Positions 1 to 13,052 of a stretch of DNA of 64,000 bases are shown here, in pieces. How positions within the stretch are numbered: position 1 is the stretch's first letter; each line of letters opens with the position of its first letter. Both the position numbers and the translations under genes were made by a program. Below the pieces are notes generated by a model that worked only from the letters and a program-made list of their open reading frames with translations, did no database searches and was not told the DNA's origin. Source of the stretch: Owenia fusiformis (Eukaryota); contig CAIIXF020000001.1 in assembly GCA_903813345.2 (NCBI GenBank), positions 46,128,001-46,192,000 on the forward strand, given 5' to 3'.

Positions 1-751
1 TCATTCTATTGAGGGGAATATCTGTGTATCTTATGCAAGTGATATTCCACTTCTTTACAGTTACACAATTGAGACACGACAGCCCGAGTTTCAATATGAT
101 ATTTTCCGAGGCTAATATATTTTCTCCAAGAAAAAATTCATATCGCTCCATCACGACCATCAATAAACAAATGTATTCAATAATATTTTTTGTGAAACTT
201 ATTCATTTTCCTGTTTTTATTTGAAAAATGAAGTGAAATTGTTGAGAAATTTATCTTCATAAATGACTAATGGTTGTATACTTCAATAGACTAGATGCGA
301 GTAGAAATGATCTTGATTTACGTCATTAAATATTCAAAATAATATTTTTTGAAAATGTGACTTCTAGTTCAGTTTGATTCCCCATAGACCCCATATTATA
401 AAATCACAAAAAGTGAAATATCTTTTGTTGTATTGGACATATAACATTTTCTTTTACTGGACAATTTGCATAACTATTCGATACATAAGGGCTATATGAA
501 AATTGAACCATTAAAACCTATGTAATTTAGGTTAAAGGGAACTTTCTACTATACCGCCATGCTATCTGACCCGAGCGAGCCACCTGGTGGTGAAACTGGT
601 AACTACTTACTCGCATTTGCGTTATTCTGACTTCTCTGACCTCACATCTTTTGACTTAAGACTTCAACAGATGACTAAATAACCCAGTAACTGTTTCAAA
701 GACTAATATTTCCAACAAGAGAGATTCATTTAAGTGATTATTAGTTCTTAC

Positions 752-911
752 CTTCATCAAAGTCCTCTTGATTTTCTGAATGCTGGGGGAATGGAAAGCA
801 GTTTGTGATCTCAAGTCTGTTCTCCACTACAAGACCTAGCAGAACCCCCTGCACCAACTCTGTTCCTCCACTACCTATCTCCTCACAGTGTTTGATGACC
901 TTCAACACAAC
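752..911 (-). CDS. EIF3H: eIF3 subunit H, coding exon 2; gene continues beyond the left edge
   Basis: TTTCAG acceptor, GTAAG donor; [36 protein letters not shown] is diagnostic of eIF3h. Confidence 0.95.
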
Positions 912-2431
912 CTGAAATATCATTAAACTTCAATATGTGTCACCATCTGTGTTGCATTGAGTAATACTTAGAAATGAAATTTTCTAAAATCTTTTCAATA
1001 TCCAGCCCCCAACATGTTGGAAATAGGCATGACTGCACTGAATGAAAATTGTTGTAAGGCATGGCAGTGTCATGGTATAAACACTGCGGCAAGCAGAATG
1101 AATAATCAAAAATTGTTGAATGTAGTCCCCCTTTCAACATCGATGAATTCAATTTTATTTTAAAATATTATTATGAAATATTTAGTCTTCTAGGTTTCCA
1201 AATCAAAATTCATGATGAAATCTCGTGAAAAAAAATTTTAGTCAAAGTTTTGTTGATATTAGTTCACTGCACTTGGGGTTATCGATTAATATGTGCAATG
1301 CAACCAATCACTTTCTCTTGATTTCCCAATCACGTGGTACAAGCAGAGGCGAATATTTGTCCGCACTTCCACGTATGGGAGTATACATCCTGGTCACTAC
1401 AATGGCAAAATCTATGAATATTTGTGATGTTATGACGGTTTTGTTGAGATGGATATTTCTGAAACATTAGCAATTTTTCAGTCACAATTTCAAAGGGCTG
1501 AAAAAGTTATTTCATCATGTTTAGGGTCATTCTGACCATGGCCATTGTGATCCTGGTCATGTGAATGATATGTAGAACTAGTTAAACTGACTGGAGGTCA
1601 GAACAGAACTCTGCTATCTTGGTTCAAAAACTGTTTGAAATCCAGCATGGTTTTGTCACTTCCTGTTTTGTCATTTCATGTTAACTTCCATGGCACTTAA
1701 AGGCGTCTGAACACAATACTCCTATTCGTGATAAGAGTTCAGATGGTAATTTACATAAATATATCCCACGATGCATCGCTTTGGAAGGGACAATTTTCAT
1801 TGGCCCACCGAACTAATCGATTACTCTGAACGAAACATCCGGAGATTGCAAAGTCAAAGGTCACAATCCGCTAATTTCATTGCTCGAGGATTACATCATA
1901 GCGTATGTATAACATCATATTGGCGGAAGATTGCTCGAACAAAATTTGTGAATTCTGATAAAACTAGTGTGAATCTTGACAAAAAAATCTGTTCAATAAT
2001 CAGAGATTCAAAGTTACATTATTTATATTTTTTGATCTTCAATGGCGTCTGAGCAATTTGTGGGAAATCAGTGATGTCATTGACGGCATTTCCAACTAAA
2101 GATTTCTTCGGATTTTGGGACTATAGTTCAAAAACCTGCCATGATGCATATCTATCATTTGTGCAAATGCAACACTACATAAATGTTAAATAAATTTGTC
2201 AATTTAACATGGTACAAAAAGTAAAGAGAGTTCTACCATTGGGGTAAAGAATGGATTATGAATGATCAATGAATGGAGGATGAAAAAAAAAACATGTTCC
2301 AAAAATATGTTAGCGTTTTTGACGATGTAAGTCATAATCCAAATGATTGTCGACTTCCAAACTACACTCAAATCGAGCAAAATATATATCCACATATTTA
2401 ACACTCACAAAATACTTTAAAATATACTCAC

Positions 2432-2485
2432 GAGGCCATCAATTAGCACGAATTTGACTTGGGAGTCTGAGTTTCTGCCCGCCAT
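2432..2485 (-). CDS. EIF3H: eIF3 subunit H, coding exon 1 (MAGRNSDSQVKFVLIDGL)
   Basis: ATG at 2485 in AACATGG context; GTGAG donor at 2431; phase 0 join to exon 2 gives [12 protein letters not shown], the start of the eIF3h MPN domain. Confidence 0.9.
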
Positions 2486-2743
2486 GTTGCCGGTTGTGAG
2501 AATGATGGGAGTTTCCCGGGAAAAAAATCACAACCCTTTTCACATCATTTACGTTTTTCTGAATAAATATTCCTGCTTTCTCAATAAAATATCTTTTGCA
2601 TGACTAATCTGTATCTTAAAGTACTAATTATTGTTAAAATTTATCCATAATGAAGCTCTCGTACATAGGAGATTTCGCAAGTAGAAAATGGCGGCGCCCA
2701 TGAAAACGTGAAGATTTCCAATCCTGTGACAAATTGAGACTTT
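2486..2743. promoter_or_regulatory. Putative bidirectional promoter of EIF3H/UTP23 and non-coding first exon of UTP23
   Basis: YY1-type AAAATGGCGGC at 2685-2695; GTGAGT donor at 2744; next strong acceptor TTTGTAG at 6820, 65 nt before the UTP23 ATG. Confidence 0.6.
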
Positions 2744-2854
2744 GTGAGTATTATGTCGATGTTATGATTATTTAAATTTATCCAATTAGATACATAAGAT
2801 CCATGGAGTACATCTAACCTTCATTAAGCACAGTTTGAACCACCATTGAACACC

Positions 2855-3256
2855 TAGAGTCCATTTCACTGCTTCATTTCGTCAGTAGGATCTAGAACGG
2901 CAAAAATAAGAAATTGGGAGACCATTGTGCAATAATATATGGAAAAGTATATTCATAATGTACATGAATGACATTTGTATATTTCAGATTTTTTAGTTTT
3001 TTGTGCAATAAGCCTGTGCCGTCTTGTAATTTGAAGAATTTCAGCCATGTTAATCTTATTGAAAATAACATGGCAGAGAAACATCCAAATATAAGAGGCC
3101 ACACACTTTATAAGCCAAACTAGAAGCAATCCAAGATATACAAATGTCATTCATGTACATTATGCATATACTTTTCCATATGTTATTGCACAATGGTCTC
3201 CCAATTTCTTATTTTTGCCGTTCTACTGACGAAATGAAGCAGTGAAATGGACTCTA
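2855..3256. mobile_element. MITE, about 400 bp, with about 125 bp TIRs and TAG..CTA termini
   Basis: TAGAGTCCATTTCACTGCTTCATTTCGTCAGTAG... is reverse-complementary to ...CTACTGACGAAATGAAGCAGTGAAATGGACTCTA; no clear TSD. Confidence 0.8.
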
Positions 3257-3917
3257 GTCCAATTTTCCAATTATTATGATTATGAGTCCAACAACATTAG
3301 ACCTACCTGGGCCTAGTTTCCTATTTTACACGTCTTATGGCCCCGGTAACGGCCAAGAAAATTCCCAATAGTAAAGAAAGCAGTTATTGAGGTCAACGAC
3401 GGTGAACTTCTAGTCCAACTGTCCCGCAATTTGCGTATTTGTCACTCATTTGCTGGAAAATATGAAGTCACGTCAGTTTTTTTTGTGTGACACGCAATCT
3501 GTCACGCAAGTACGCATTTTACCTGATTATTGTCAAGCAAAAATATTTCTGTAAAAAACTTCAAAAAGTGATCGCCGATACAGAAAAAAAACCAATGTCG
3601 AAAAAACAAGCGCATTTCGTTCAGACGTTTCACGCGGATACCGTATACATGTATGTCACACATTTTCATGGAAATATTTCGTACTATACAACATTTCATT
3701 GTAGATATTTATTGTAGATATTTAATTCCCTGGATGTCGTATACCTCCTTTACATCGAATACTTTCAAAAGAAAAATTAATTTCTCAGAATTTTCATTGA
3801 TTTGAAAAACTGAAATGTCTGGATGATATGTGAAAATTGTATTGTTAATCTTATCAATATTTCAAGATGATATGTCTAAAATTGTAGAAACTATGATGAT
3901 TTTGTGAAAAATTATCG

Positions 3918-4350
3918 TTTTTTTTGTTTTTGTTTTTTTATAATTTATTGCCAAAAAACATATTTACATACATGGAATGCAATTTACAAAAGAGGAAGAA
4001 TTTTTTAATTAAGTGATTCATATTACTTTTGAAGAATTTGCTATTACAATTGCCCTTTTACTTAGAAGAATTTTTAAATTCAATTCATTATTATTTTCGA
4101 CGCCATGAACTACATCTTTTACCTTGAGTTTGTAATCTACTTTTTCCCAAAAGGCTTTCGTGCGTGTACAATTAAAAAAATAGTGTGTCGTATTATCTAT
4201 GTTATCACAAAAGTCACAAATTTCTGATTCTTAAATTCTGTACCTCTTTAAAATAACATTTGTGGGGTATATAATATACCCTGTAAAATTTTCCATTGCA
4301 TAGTGATGAGTTGAGTATTTTTTGATACTTGCTTGGCCACGAGCCACTTT
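3918..4350 (-). mobile_element. 3' fragment of an L1/Tx1-like LINE with poly(A) tail, degenerate
   Basis: Minus strand reads QWKILQG..IYPTNVILKRYRI*ESEICDFCDNIDNTTHYFFNCTRTKAFW (CCHC finger, similar to the ORF at 54 kb); AATAAA at 3944-3949 and A-rich tail at 3918-3939. Confidence 0.75.
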
Positions 4351-4751
4351 GCTTGATCCACTATTTTGGATCTTATACATTTTGGGGTTAATTTTTAAAT
4401 GTTTTTAATTTTATTATTAAAATAGATAAGAAATGTTGTGCTTTCTAGAAGGTTTGAGAAGTTCTAGACCATGTCCAGACAAAATGTCGAGACATAGTGA
4501 TACTAGAGGTATGCCTGCATGGTATTGTTAGTGTTTCTACGAAAGGGAAATGACAATATTCTGTCAAAATGTCGGAATAAATGAATACTTACAAATCTCC
4601 TGCGGAAATACTGGGTATAACGTCATAAACTTCCAGTGCTATGATGTATCAAACTCCCATGCAGTGTCTCGGTATAGACACTGCGGCGGGCAGATGAAGA
4701 AAATCCCCAAAATTTGGGGAAAATACATGTAGTTCCCCTTTTCATCATATA

Positions 4752-5343
4752 CAGGGTGTCCTGAAAGTATGCCCCCCCCCCCCTAGGCAGTTTAAGTTAC
4801 ATTGATTTGCCAAGTATCATGGTTCAACTCTCAAATGTGAAAAAATTATACGCATTTCAAAATTTAGTGTTTGGTCAAAATTAAGTTCAATTTTACACCA
4901 AATCACTAGTCAATGTGTCCTCCTGGGTCATCTTAACAGCAGCAATTCTTTTCAGGTCGGATGGATATTGAGTTGGAAAAAGAGAACGGTGAGGGTAGAA
5001 ACTCTGAGGAAACTCTTCTAAAGTCCCTTAACAGGTTTTAAGAGGGAAATGAAATTCCACACCCCTATTTGAAGGGCTTTTAAGGTCATATCTGAAAATT
5101 ATTGCTGCTCTTAACATGGCCAAGGGGGGCACATTGACTAGTAATGTGGTCTAAAATTGAACTTTATTTTGACAAAGCACTGACTTTTAAAATGACTGTA
5201 ACTTTTTCCCATTTGGGAGTTAAACGATAATACTTGGCAAATCAATGTAACTTTGGATAAGCTTTAAAATGATATATGACACATACTATGAGGACACTAG
5301 AATATGTCTGCCTAGGGGGGCCCAATACTTTCGGGACACCCTG
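4752..5343. mobile_element. Tc1/mariner-derived palindromic MITE
   Basis: TA|CAGGGTGTCCTGAAAGTAT ... ATACTTTCGGGACACCCTG|TA; inner arms about 4795-4950 and 5100-5255 also inverted. Confidence 0.85.
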
Positions 5344-6168
5344 TATGTGTTCAATTTTCGCACAACTTATAAAATATGTATTTATGAATATTCCCCAAAC
5401 ATTATTTTGTCAAAATATTTCAAAATTATTGAAATATGAGAAGAAATCACCGCGGAAGGAATTCTGAGTAAAAGTTGTGTTGATAATAGTTCACCGCACG
5501 TGTTGTTTATTAGTTAATAATTCAACCAATGAAATTGTCTAAATTTTACAATCACGCGACCCGAGCATGGGACTAGAACCAATCACGTCAGTTGTTTATT
5601 ACGAAGTTACCATGCTTACGGAGATACCTGCCCGCCGCAGTGATATATCACTGCACGGGAGTTTGATGATGTATAAGAAAAATTGGTGTGACTTTATCAC
5701 TTGATGCTGTTGATTATGTACTCACTCGATGCAACTTTACCATAAACTTTTTTTTTCAAGCTCAGTTCGCTCGCTTTCAGAAATTCAGTCAACACATGGG
5801 GGAATCAAGAAAAAGCAAATGTGTGACAAATACGCAATTCGAGGGAAATTCCGAATGAACTGTGTCTGTCTTTTTCAGCGCTCGTTTTTCAGCATTGTTT
5901 TTTGTTCTCCTGAAATTTTTTTTTCTTGACAATAATCAGAAAAATGTGTATTTGCGTGACAGAATGGCCGTGACTTCAATTTCTTCAGCAAATGTGTGAA
6001 AAATACACAAATTCTGGGTCAGTTGGATGACCTGCATTCACAATCACAATTGAATACCTTACGGGCCGCAGCTCTTGAACCATCAATTGGAGTTTCTAGG
6101 AAAGAGAAATTACGAACTTGTGAGCCCATTTATGAGTAATCCATATGCTAAGTAGCATTCATAATATC

Positions 6169-6458
6169 CATGGGCGTAGCGCCTATAAACGCAAAATACA
6201 CAATTAAAACAATTAAAAATGTGTTAAAATGCATTAATTTATTTGCGAATTTATTGATGCTTCCTATCGTATCTGTATGTTTACCATTGTCAACATTTAA
6301 AGTTGATAAAAACGCTTAGATTCCATCAAATAACATCCTTGAAAAAAAAATTTGCGGGGGAGCATACCCCCGGACCCCCTGTGATGCGCGGCCTTCGGCC
6401 ATGCATTCAGGCATCCCCGAGTGTGCGTACCAAGTCAAAATATAGCCCTACGCCCATG
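6169..6458. mobile_element. Non-autonomous DNA transposon, 5 bp TSD (hAT5-like)
   Basis: ATATC|CATGGGCGTAG ... CTACGCCCATG|ATATC. Confidence 0.85.
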
Positions 6459-6885
6459 ATATCCTATATATTCAAATCAATACATAATTAAATTTTCCTG
6501 AAAAAAGCAAGGAAATTAACACATATTGCTCCATACTTTATTTTGTACCAGAAAATAACATGTGCAGGTATAGGAATTTTTCAAAAATGTTTTCGTTCCA
6601 CCAGTGATAAAATGACTTCAATTGTACTAATGAGACATACTTACCAAGCAGAAGTGGTCTAATTATGAATCCAACATGATTGTATTCACATCTTCTATAA
6701 ACTGTGAACAAAGTCAATATTTCTAGACACTGCACCTGATAGTATGCGTAATGTAAGTAAATGTACATGTAATTGTACATATTATTGTTAATCTTATTAT
6801 ATGTATTTGTGTATTTGTAGGTAGATATATACAAGACATGGTCTAGACAATTAACAAATGTATTTCCATACTTAAAAGAGTCAAG

Positions 6886-7102
6886 ATGAAAGTGAAGCGA
6901 CTGAAGCATGTCAGGAGGGTCCTTAAATTTTACAGAAACAATTACGATTTCCTACCTCCATATAAAGTTATGATAGATGGGACAATGTGTAAAGCTGCTT
7001 TAAACTTTCAAGTGAACATTGCAGAGCAGCTTCATCATTATTTAGAGTCAGATGTTGAGATATGTACAACAGCATGTGTAATGGCAGAGTGTGAAGCCTT
7101 AG
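6886..7102 (+). CDS. UTP23: rRNA-processing protein UTP23 (PIN/Fcf1 family), coding exon 1
   Basis: MKVKRLKHVRRVLKFYRNNYDFLPPYKVMIDGT..TTACVMAECEALG; GTGAG donor at 7103, phase 1. Confidence 0.95.
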
Positions 7103-7587
7103 GTGAGGAATTATTTATATACGGCTAAAGAAATAATCCTAGTAATCTCCACAACATTGAAGCAATTGGTAACTGCACACAAGAGTGAGAATAGACTTGC
7201 AACCAATAGGAATGAGAAAAATCTTAGAATATTAAGAAAAAAATTCTGATGAGAAGACTGAATCATGGCTGTCTTTAATTAGGACTTCTCTTTATGTTTG
7301 CCTTGAACTCTCGTGGCTTGCTTTATTTGAATATGTTAATGATTATATTGTTTTTAATACATTAGTACATGTACATAGAAATAACTGGTTTTGAATGCAG
7401 GTGATTAATTTGGTATGGTTTATAAGGGTTTTTGTGTAATCTGTTCAGGGCGAGACTGCATTCTAAGAATGTCCAATATGCTGAAAAATTGAATAATGTG
7501 CCAGTTAACAAATTAATTTTCACCACAGAATGCAACTCCTGGTCTTAAATAGAACTCATCGATCATAAATTTGGAATTTTGTTGCAG

Positions 7588-7721
7588 GTACCTTGTTGTA
7601 TGGTCCATTGAAGGTGTTGAGACAATATAAGGTTGAACCTTGTCACCATGACCCAGTTAAACTAGCCACAGATTGTATGTACCGTATGGCCAGACAGCAC
7701 AAATACTTCATAGGAACTCAG
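7588..7721 (+). CDS. UTP23: UTP23 coding exon 2
   Basis: TTGCAG acceptor; GTLLYGPLKVLRQYKVEPCHH..ATDCMYRMARQHKYFIGTQ (Zn ligands CxH..C); phases fit. Confidence 0.92.
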
Positions 7722-8300
7722 GTACTGTTTACTAGTGTTTAGTGTACTCTAATCTAGCAACATCTCGTGATGTTTTCTTTGTATAATTCTCATGAGTTCA
7801 TAGATTGCACATTCTGAAGAAAATGTTCAAAGTTGGTCAAAATAGCCTATTACTGAATTTCATGATGGACACAGTTACAACTGAACTGGAAATAGATCAA
7901 CTGGGTTCAATGTTGAGATACCAGTGTCTGTACCAGAGATCAAATCAAAGGCTTGAAGTCAAATGTGATGTTATTTTCCTGAATTTATTTTAAATATCAG
8001 CCAGTCAGTCAGTCAGGCCTGTACCTACAACCAAGAGGGCTCAACCTTTAATTTTACCCTCATGTGCTATAGTGTTTCTCTTTAGTTAAACTCTAACCAG
8101 TACATTCCATACTGCTCATGAATTTAATGATTTTATCTCAAAATTCTCCCAATACACGTAAAGCTAAAGTATGTTATATACATATTTCTAGGCTTAAAGC
8201 CTCTTTCACTGAGATCTTGATATTATCTGATACAGTATACAGTCCTAGTAATCATATGGTCCCAATAATCCTATATTAATGAATTACTTAATACTTCCAG

Positions 8301-8669
8301 GACCAAACACTGAGTGAGAACATCCGTAAGAGAGCTGGTATTCCTTTGATTTACATCTCTCATAAGACACTTAACCTGGAGGCCCCTTCCGCTACATCCT
8401 GCAAAAAAGCACAAGAGGCAATAGACTCTAAAATGAAAGAGCACGGCCAACATAACATTGTGTCTAATCTCAAAAAGGAGCTATTTGGAGAACCTGAGGA
8501 ACCAAAGCATAAAAAACGGAAAGGACCAAAAGGAAAGAATCCTTTATCTTGTTTAAAAAGTAAAAAGAGAAAGCACAGTGCAACAACTGTAAAGGATATT
8601 GATAAGGATAAACCTAAACGCAAAAGGAAAAGACACAATAGGAGTAAAGTGAAATTGAATGTGCAATAA
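8301..8669 (+). CDS. UTP23: UTP23 coding exon 3 (total 239 aa)
   Basis: TTCCAG acceptor; DQTLSENIRKRAGIPLIYI..KRKGPKGKNPLSCLKSKK; TAA at 8667-8669; AATAAA at 8689-8694. Confidence 0.95.
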   Translation, partial: DQTLSENIRKRAGIPLIYISHKTLNLEAPSATSCKKAQEAIDSKMKEHGQHNIVSNLKKELFGEPEEPKHKKRKGPKGKNPLSCLKSKKRKHSATTVKDIDKDKPKRKRKRHNRSKVKLNVQ

Positions 8670-9676
8670 ATAATATCTTAATCATTGGAATAAAGTATGA
8701 AACATAAAAAACTAGCTATTGTTTAAAGATGACGCTACAGTATTTGATAGTATTTCATTTTGACTGCTTTATGGAGCATTACTTTCTGGACAAGGTTCTA
8801 TCATAGTGTTTCTCATCTGACAATAGAAGATTATGAACCAGTTCTCTTTACCATGAACATAAGTTGGTGAGTATAAGTTTAAATCTGTTTTTGTCCAGCC
8901 ACCATGTGTTTTAAATTTTACATGGCACCCAGTGTTTAAGAATAATTTTGCAATTTTTTATTTGCCCAATTATTTCTTATTCTGAATATATGAATTTGTA
9001 CCCGCAAACTAGCATAAGTTACTACCCTCATTTTGTTTGACCAACATCATGGTAAACCATGATATCCCATTTCTTCTTAGCCATGAGATGTCTTAAATGA
9101 ACAGAAAGATGTGATGAGTATCAGACATGTCAGAATCTTCAACCATACCACCTACTATAATCGCCATCTATTATTCCATCTATGTAGCAACTTCTCTATT
9201 TAGGTTAATGGGAGTTCGATATGAAATAAATGCCAGCTACTCAATGATTTAGCAGGTAATCAGATTTGGTGAGGCCAGATCAGAAGGGTAGAATATGAAG
9301 AGCTCTCTTATAAAGAGGTGAAATCAAACTAGATGTACAATATGTGGAAAACGGTAATGGGCTGGAAATGTGAACACAAATTATTATGAGTATGTCACTA
9401 TGACGTGAAATATGCCTGAGTTCTCCCAATATAGGCCGACCTTGGGAGTCTCTATATTTTGAGAAGAATAGAATTTGCGAGTAGATTTTGATCGATATGA
9501 AACATGACGTGATATTGTTATGGCTATTAAAGAATCAAAACGAGGTATGGGGGTAATTGGGCAATATCGGTGGATATAGCCCACTAACTTTCCCATTGAC
9601 TTCCATACATATGCTTCACTAAGTATGTAATACTGTGTAATACATATCCAAATACAAATACAAATAGGAAAATATA

Positions 9677-10276
9677 CAGGGTGGGCCAAAAAAACGCCAC
9701 TTTTTTCAGGACACTACAACTTTTTTATTTTCCAACCTACATACCCCAAAATTTGCAGTTATATAGTGCAAGGGGTTCTTAGCAATAATATAATGTAACA
9801 AGTCCTTCAACGTGGATTATATTTGATCTAAAAGAGGAGTTCATTTGGCCCGCCACCCTATTTGATGATATATTTTAGTTTTAGTCGCCTTGCTGATATA
9901 GCAGTATCAATGAAATGTTAGCTAAGTTTTTTCAACCTGTCCTAATTGCCAGCTTTAGTTGAGCAATTTTTTCGATTGGGTACCGTAATACAATCTCCTG
10001 GAGACATTCCCATACCCTATACTCACTGGGGTTTGCATCAGGCCTATTAGCTTGGCTGTCATCAGGCTGTATCAGTTCAGCAACATTATGCAAATTATGC
10101 TTATTTTTCATGGCACACCACATGTTTAAGTGAGACGCTGGTGACATATTTTATTCAAGTAAAAGTGTATAATCCATGATCCATGGCTTGATAACAACTT
10201 CAAGTTTCATTTGGTATGCAAATTATGATTTTGTATCAAAAATTAAAAAAGTTATAGCATTTTTTGGCCCACCCTG
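9677..10276 (-). mobile_element. Internally deleted Tc1/mariner element with transposase remnant
   Basis: TA|CAGGGTGGGCCAAAAAA ... TTTTTTGGCCCACCCTG|TA; minus-strand QANRPDANPSEYRVWECLQEIV is a decayed WPxNSPDLNPxxYxVW motif. Confidence 0.85.
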
Positions 10277-11136
10277 TATATTGCCTATTCCATTTAATAA
10301 TTATTGGTAATTTTAATCATGAAAATTATTAAAATTCTCATCATGTAAATCCACCTTAAACTGGGTTACTGCAACCTCCATTGATCGAGTATATAATGTA
10401 CACAGGTATTCATTGATTGATAATTCATTCATTGATCTTTAAACATTTAAATAACCATAATGCTAATGCATGCTGGTATTACTTAACCTCTTGACTGCTC
10501 AGAATCACAAGATTTCTTGTCATCTATGAAATGACCTTGAAACCCACCCAGGATGTTGAGATAATCTGCACAAATTGTTCATGAATATTACTCTAATTTG
10601 AACAAATCTCATCCAATTTACACAAAAAAAAAAGATTTTAAAATGTGTAGAGATGATCTCTGCCAACTTAATCTAGCACAACCTGTTATATGTGTATGTA
10701 TTAAAATGTCAAAAATTGGGAAAAATTAAAAATGCTCTGGTTTCCACCAATTTTAGAGCCTGGGATTAAAGAGGTTAAAGGTGAAACTGAAACTTATCCA
10801 CCCTTGATTTGACAATTTGTGTATACAACCTCGTGAATAAGTCATATGATCATTCATCATAAACATTATGTGAAAGGTTTCTCGTCATATGATCTGTGAA
10901 GAATAAAACATGTGATGCATTAAACATGTTAAAGGCTGTGTCAAAGAAATTAGTAGCCATTAATTTTGTCAACAATATGCCAGTTGCTATAAAGATGAAT
11001 AAATAGATGGCAGTGGTGGTTTGGTCAGACTAGATACTATTTTGGTACATAATGACGCATGAAAAACTGACAAACATACCTTTCTAATTTGTGAATATGT
11101 TTTTAATATTTTTTTATGCATCTAGCATTATGAGAT

Positions 11137-11348
11137 CACTGGTTCCCACCTGGTTATTAATAGGCAATAACATGAAGCAACCAAGAAATTCACCAGATAA
11201 CATCCTGGTTGCTGAAGTGAGGAATTCTCACTCAATTACTGGAGCTGATAGATAGATGGATCTGTTCATGACATGTTCATGAAATTTCTCCGATGGAAGT
11301 TCATCCATAATACATATTAACGTCTTTATAACCAGGTGGGGACCAATG
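11137..11348. mobile_element. Small MITE with CA..TG ends and imperfect 5 bp TSD
   Basis: GAGAT|CACTGGTTCCCACCTGGTTAT ... ATAACCAGGTGGGGACCAATG|GGGAT. Confidence 0.6.
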
Positions 11349-12991
11349 GGGATGGGGTCTGAAGATTTGTCCACAATGAGGGAATCGAGCTATTTTCGTA
11401 AAAATGCTAAGCAAACCTCACAATTTGTTTTATTATACCATAGAAAATAGCCCACTCCATGCAATGGATTTATTATTTGCAGATAATCTTCACATTTGTT
11501 TGAAGTCTAACAATATACATTTTCCTTTTAATTTACTTTTTAAAGTTGTAATATGGTGACTTCATTTAACTACATGTACAATTTCGTTATAACTCTGGTA
11601 GTATTGATGAAACCTATAGTGGACTTAGTAGAAATAGAAGTGAAGGTTCGAGCATATAACAATTGCATGGAATTGGGCGTATAACAATTATGATCTTGTT
11701 GCATGTGGATCTGGGTTTAACCTTAAGATTCTGATCCTAATAAGATTAGATTTTTTAAGATTTCAATATTATGTCTATAAGGATTTAGCTAGATATTTTT
11801 CAGAAAGCATGCAATTATTCGCCAGGAATAATTCTTAGACAAGTCATGGTCAGAAGAACTTGAAACTATAGTAAACAGGTAGACACAATCATATAGACAA
11901 AAAACATTTTTTCTTTTATCACGACCTTTAATTTATTTCAAGACTCAATATGTTTTTTTTTCTTTCATCACAACCTTTGATTTATTTCAAGACTCAAGTG
12001 TGTTTTGAAGCCATATCTGGTTCCTTTTCCTACATGTTAATGTCAATTCAAGGTATCAAATCATGTGACATGTCATTTTAACTACATATGATTAAATCAT
12101 GTGATATATCATTAATTTATTAGATTGTATCATGTGATATGTCAATATTGCACCATTATAGTTTCAGTTCTGAGATGAGAAATTATACGCCTACTTTTCT
12201 AAGAAACACTTCACCCAGAGGTAGCTTTAATTGATATCTACTGGCCTTGTTGTTATTTTATGTGTTATCTTATTTTACAAGGTGTGGTTTACAGTGATAG
12301 TTTCTTATCTTTTATGTTTTATACACATACTGTATATATAATTATGCAATTGAGAACAAGTTACGGTAATATTAGTGTATACAGTATTGCAATAAAGTTT
12401 GCACTGAGCATTTGTCAGATTTCATTCATTTTTATTACTGAATAGCTATTCAAATAAAATTAAATTGTACTTCCTACGCTATATTGAAATTCCAATAACT
12501 TTAACCTTTCTGTCTTCCTTCCTTCCCTTATATGGCATATTTACAAATATTTATCAGACACTTATGACTCACAATCAATACACATCAGTCTGTATTACCC
12601 TTTAATCAATGAATATACTTCAATAAATATCCTACAAATTGTGATTGGCCAGGTAGATGTTCCTCACTTCCTGGTAGAGATTCTTAGTGGCCAGTATATA
12701 TTCCTTCATTTTTTAAAAAGCAATCATTTCATAAGGATCGTTAATATAAGCAGAGCAGGTTTAAAAAGGTGTGGATTTAGATGTTTTTTATTTATTTCTC
12801 ACAATTTAGAATAAAATTTAATTTAGACCAAATAATGAATTAATGAAATTAATTAAAATAACCTATTACATGCAAGATACAATATAAAATAACAATATAA
12901 ATGCATACAGTTAAACCAGTTTATTCCTTCAGTTGTGAAATACCTTGATGGATCTAGATGCTTTAGTGAGCATTTCATTCATTTTCAGAGA

Positions 12992-13052
12992 ATGGCTGCC
13001 TGTACAGATGTGTTAAGATATGGCTTACAGCAATGGATAAGTCAAGATATAG
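12992..13052 (+). CDS. Uncharacterised TTC28-C-like protein, first coding exon A (MAACTDVLRYGLQQWISQDI)
   Basis: TTTTCAG acceptor at 12988, ATG at 12992, canonical GTAAGT donor; phase 1 fits the exon at 15733. Confidence 0.6.

Larger units (their letters stand above)
3411..6030. mobile_element. Old degenerate long-TIR element (about 200 bp imperfect arms) hosting later insertions
   Basis: TCCAACTG..ATTTGCTG..GAAGTCACG..CTGTCACGCAA..CTGATTATTGTCAAG is mirrored at 5925-6028; inner mirrored blocks at about 4650-4693 and 5628-5667. Confidence 0.6.

Noticed and set aside
1478..1518. C/D box-like motifs in eIF3h intron 1 (minus strand)
   Set aside because: Only about 40 nt apart with no terminal stem; too short for a snoRNA
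8360..8638. Hydrophobic antisense ORF
   Set aside because: Reverse complement of the Lys-rich UTP23 exon
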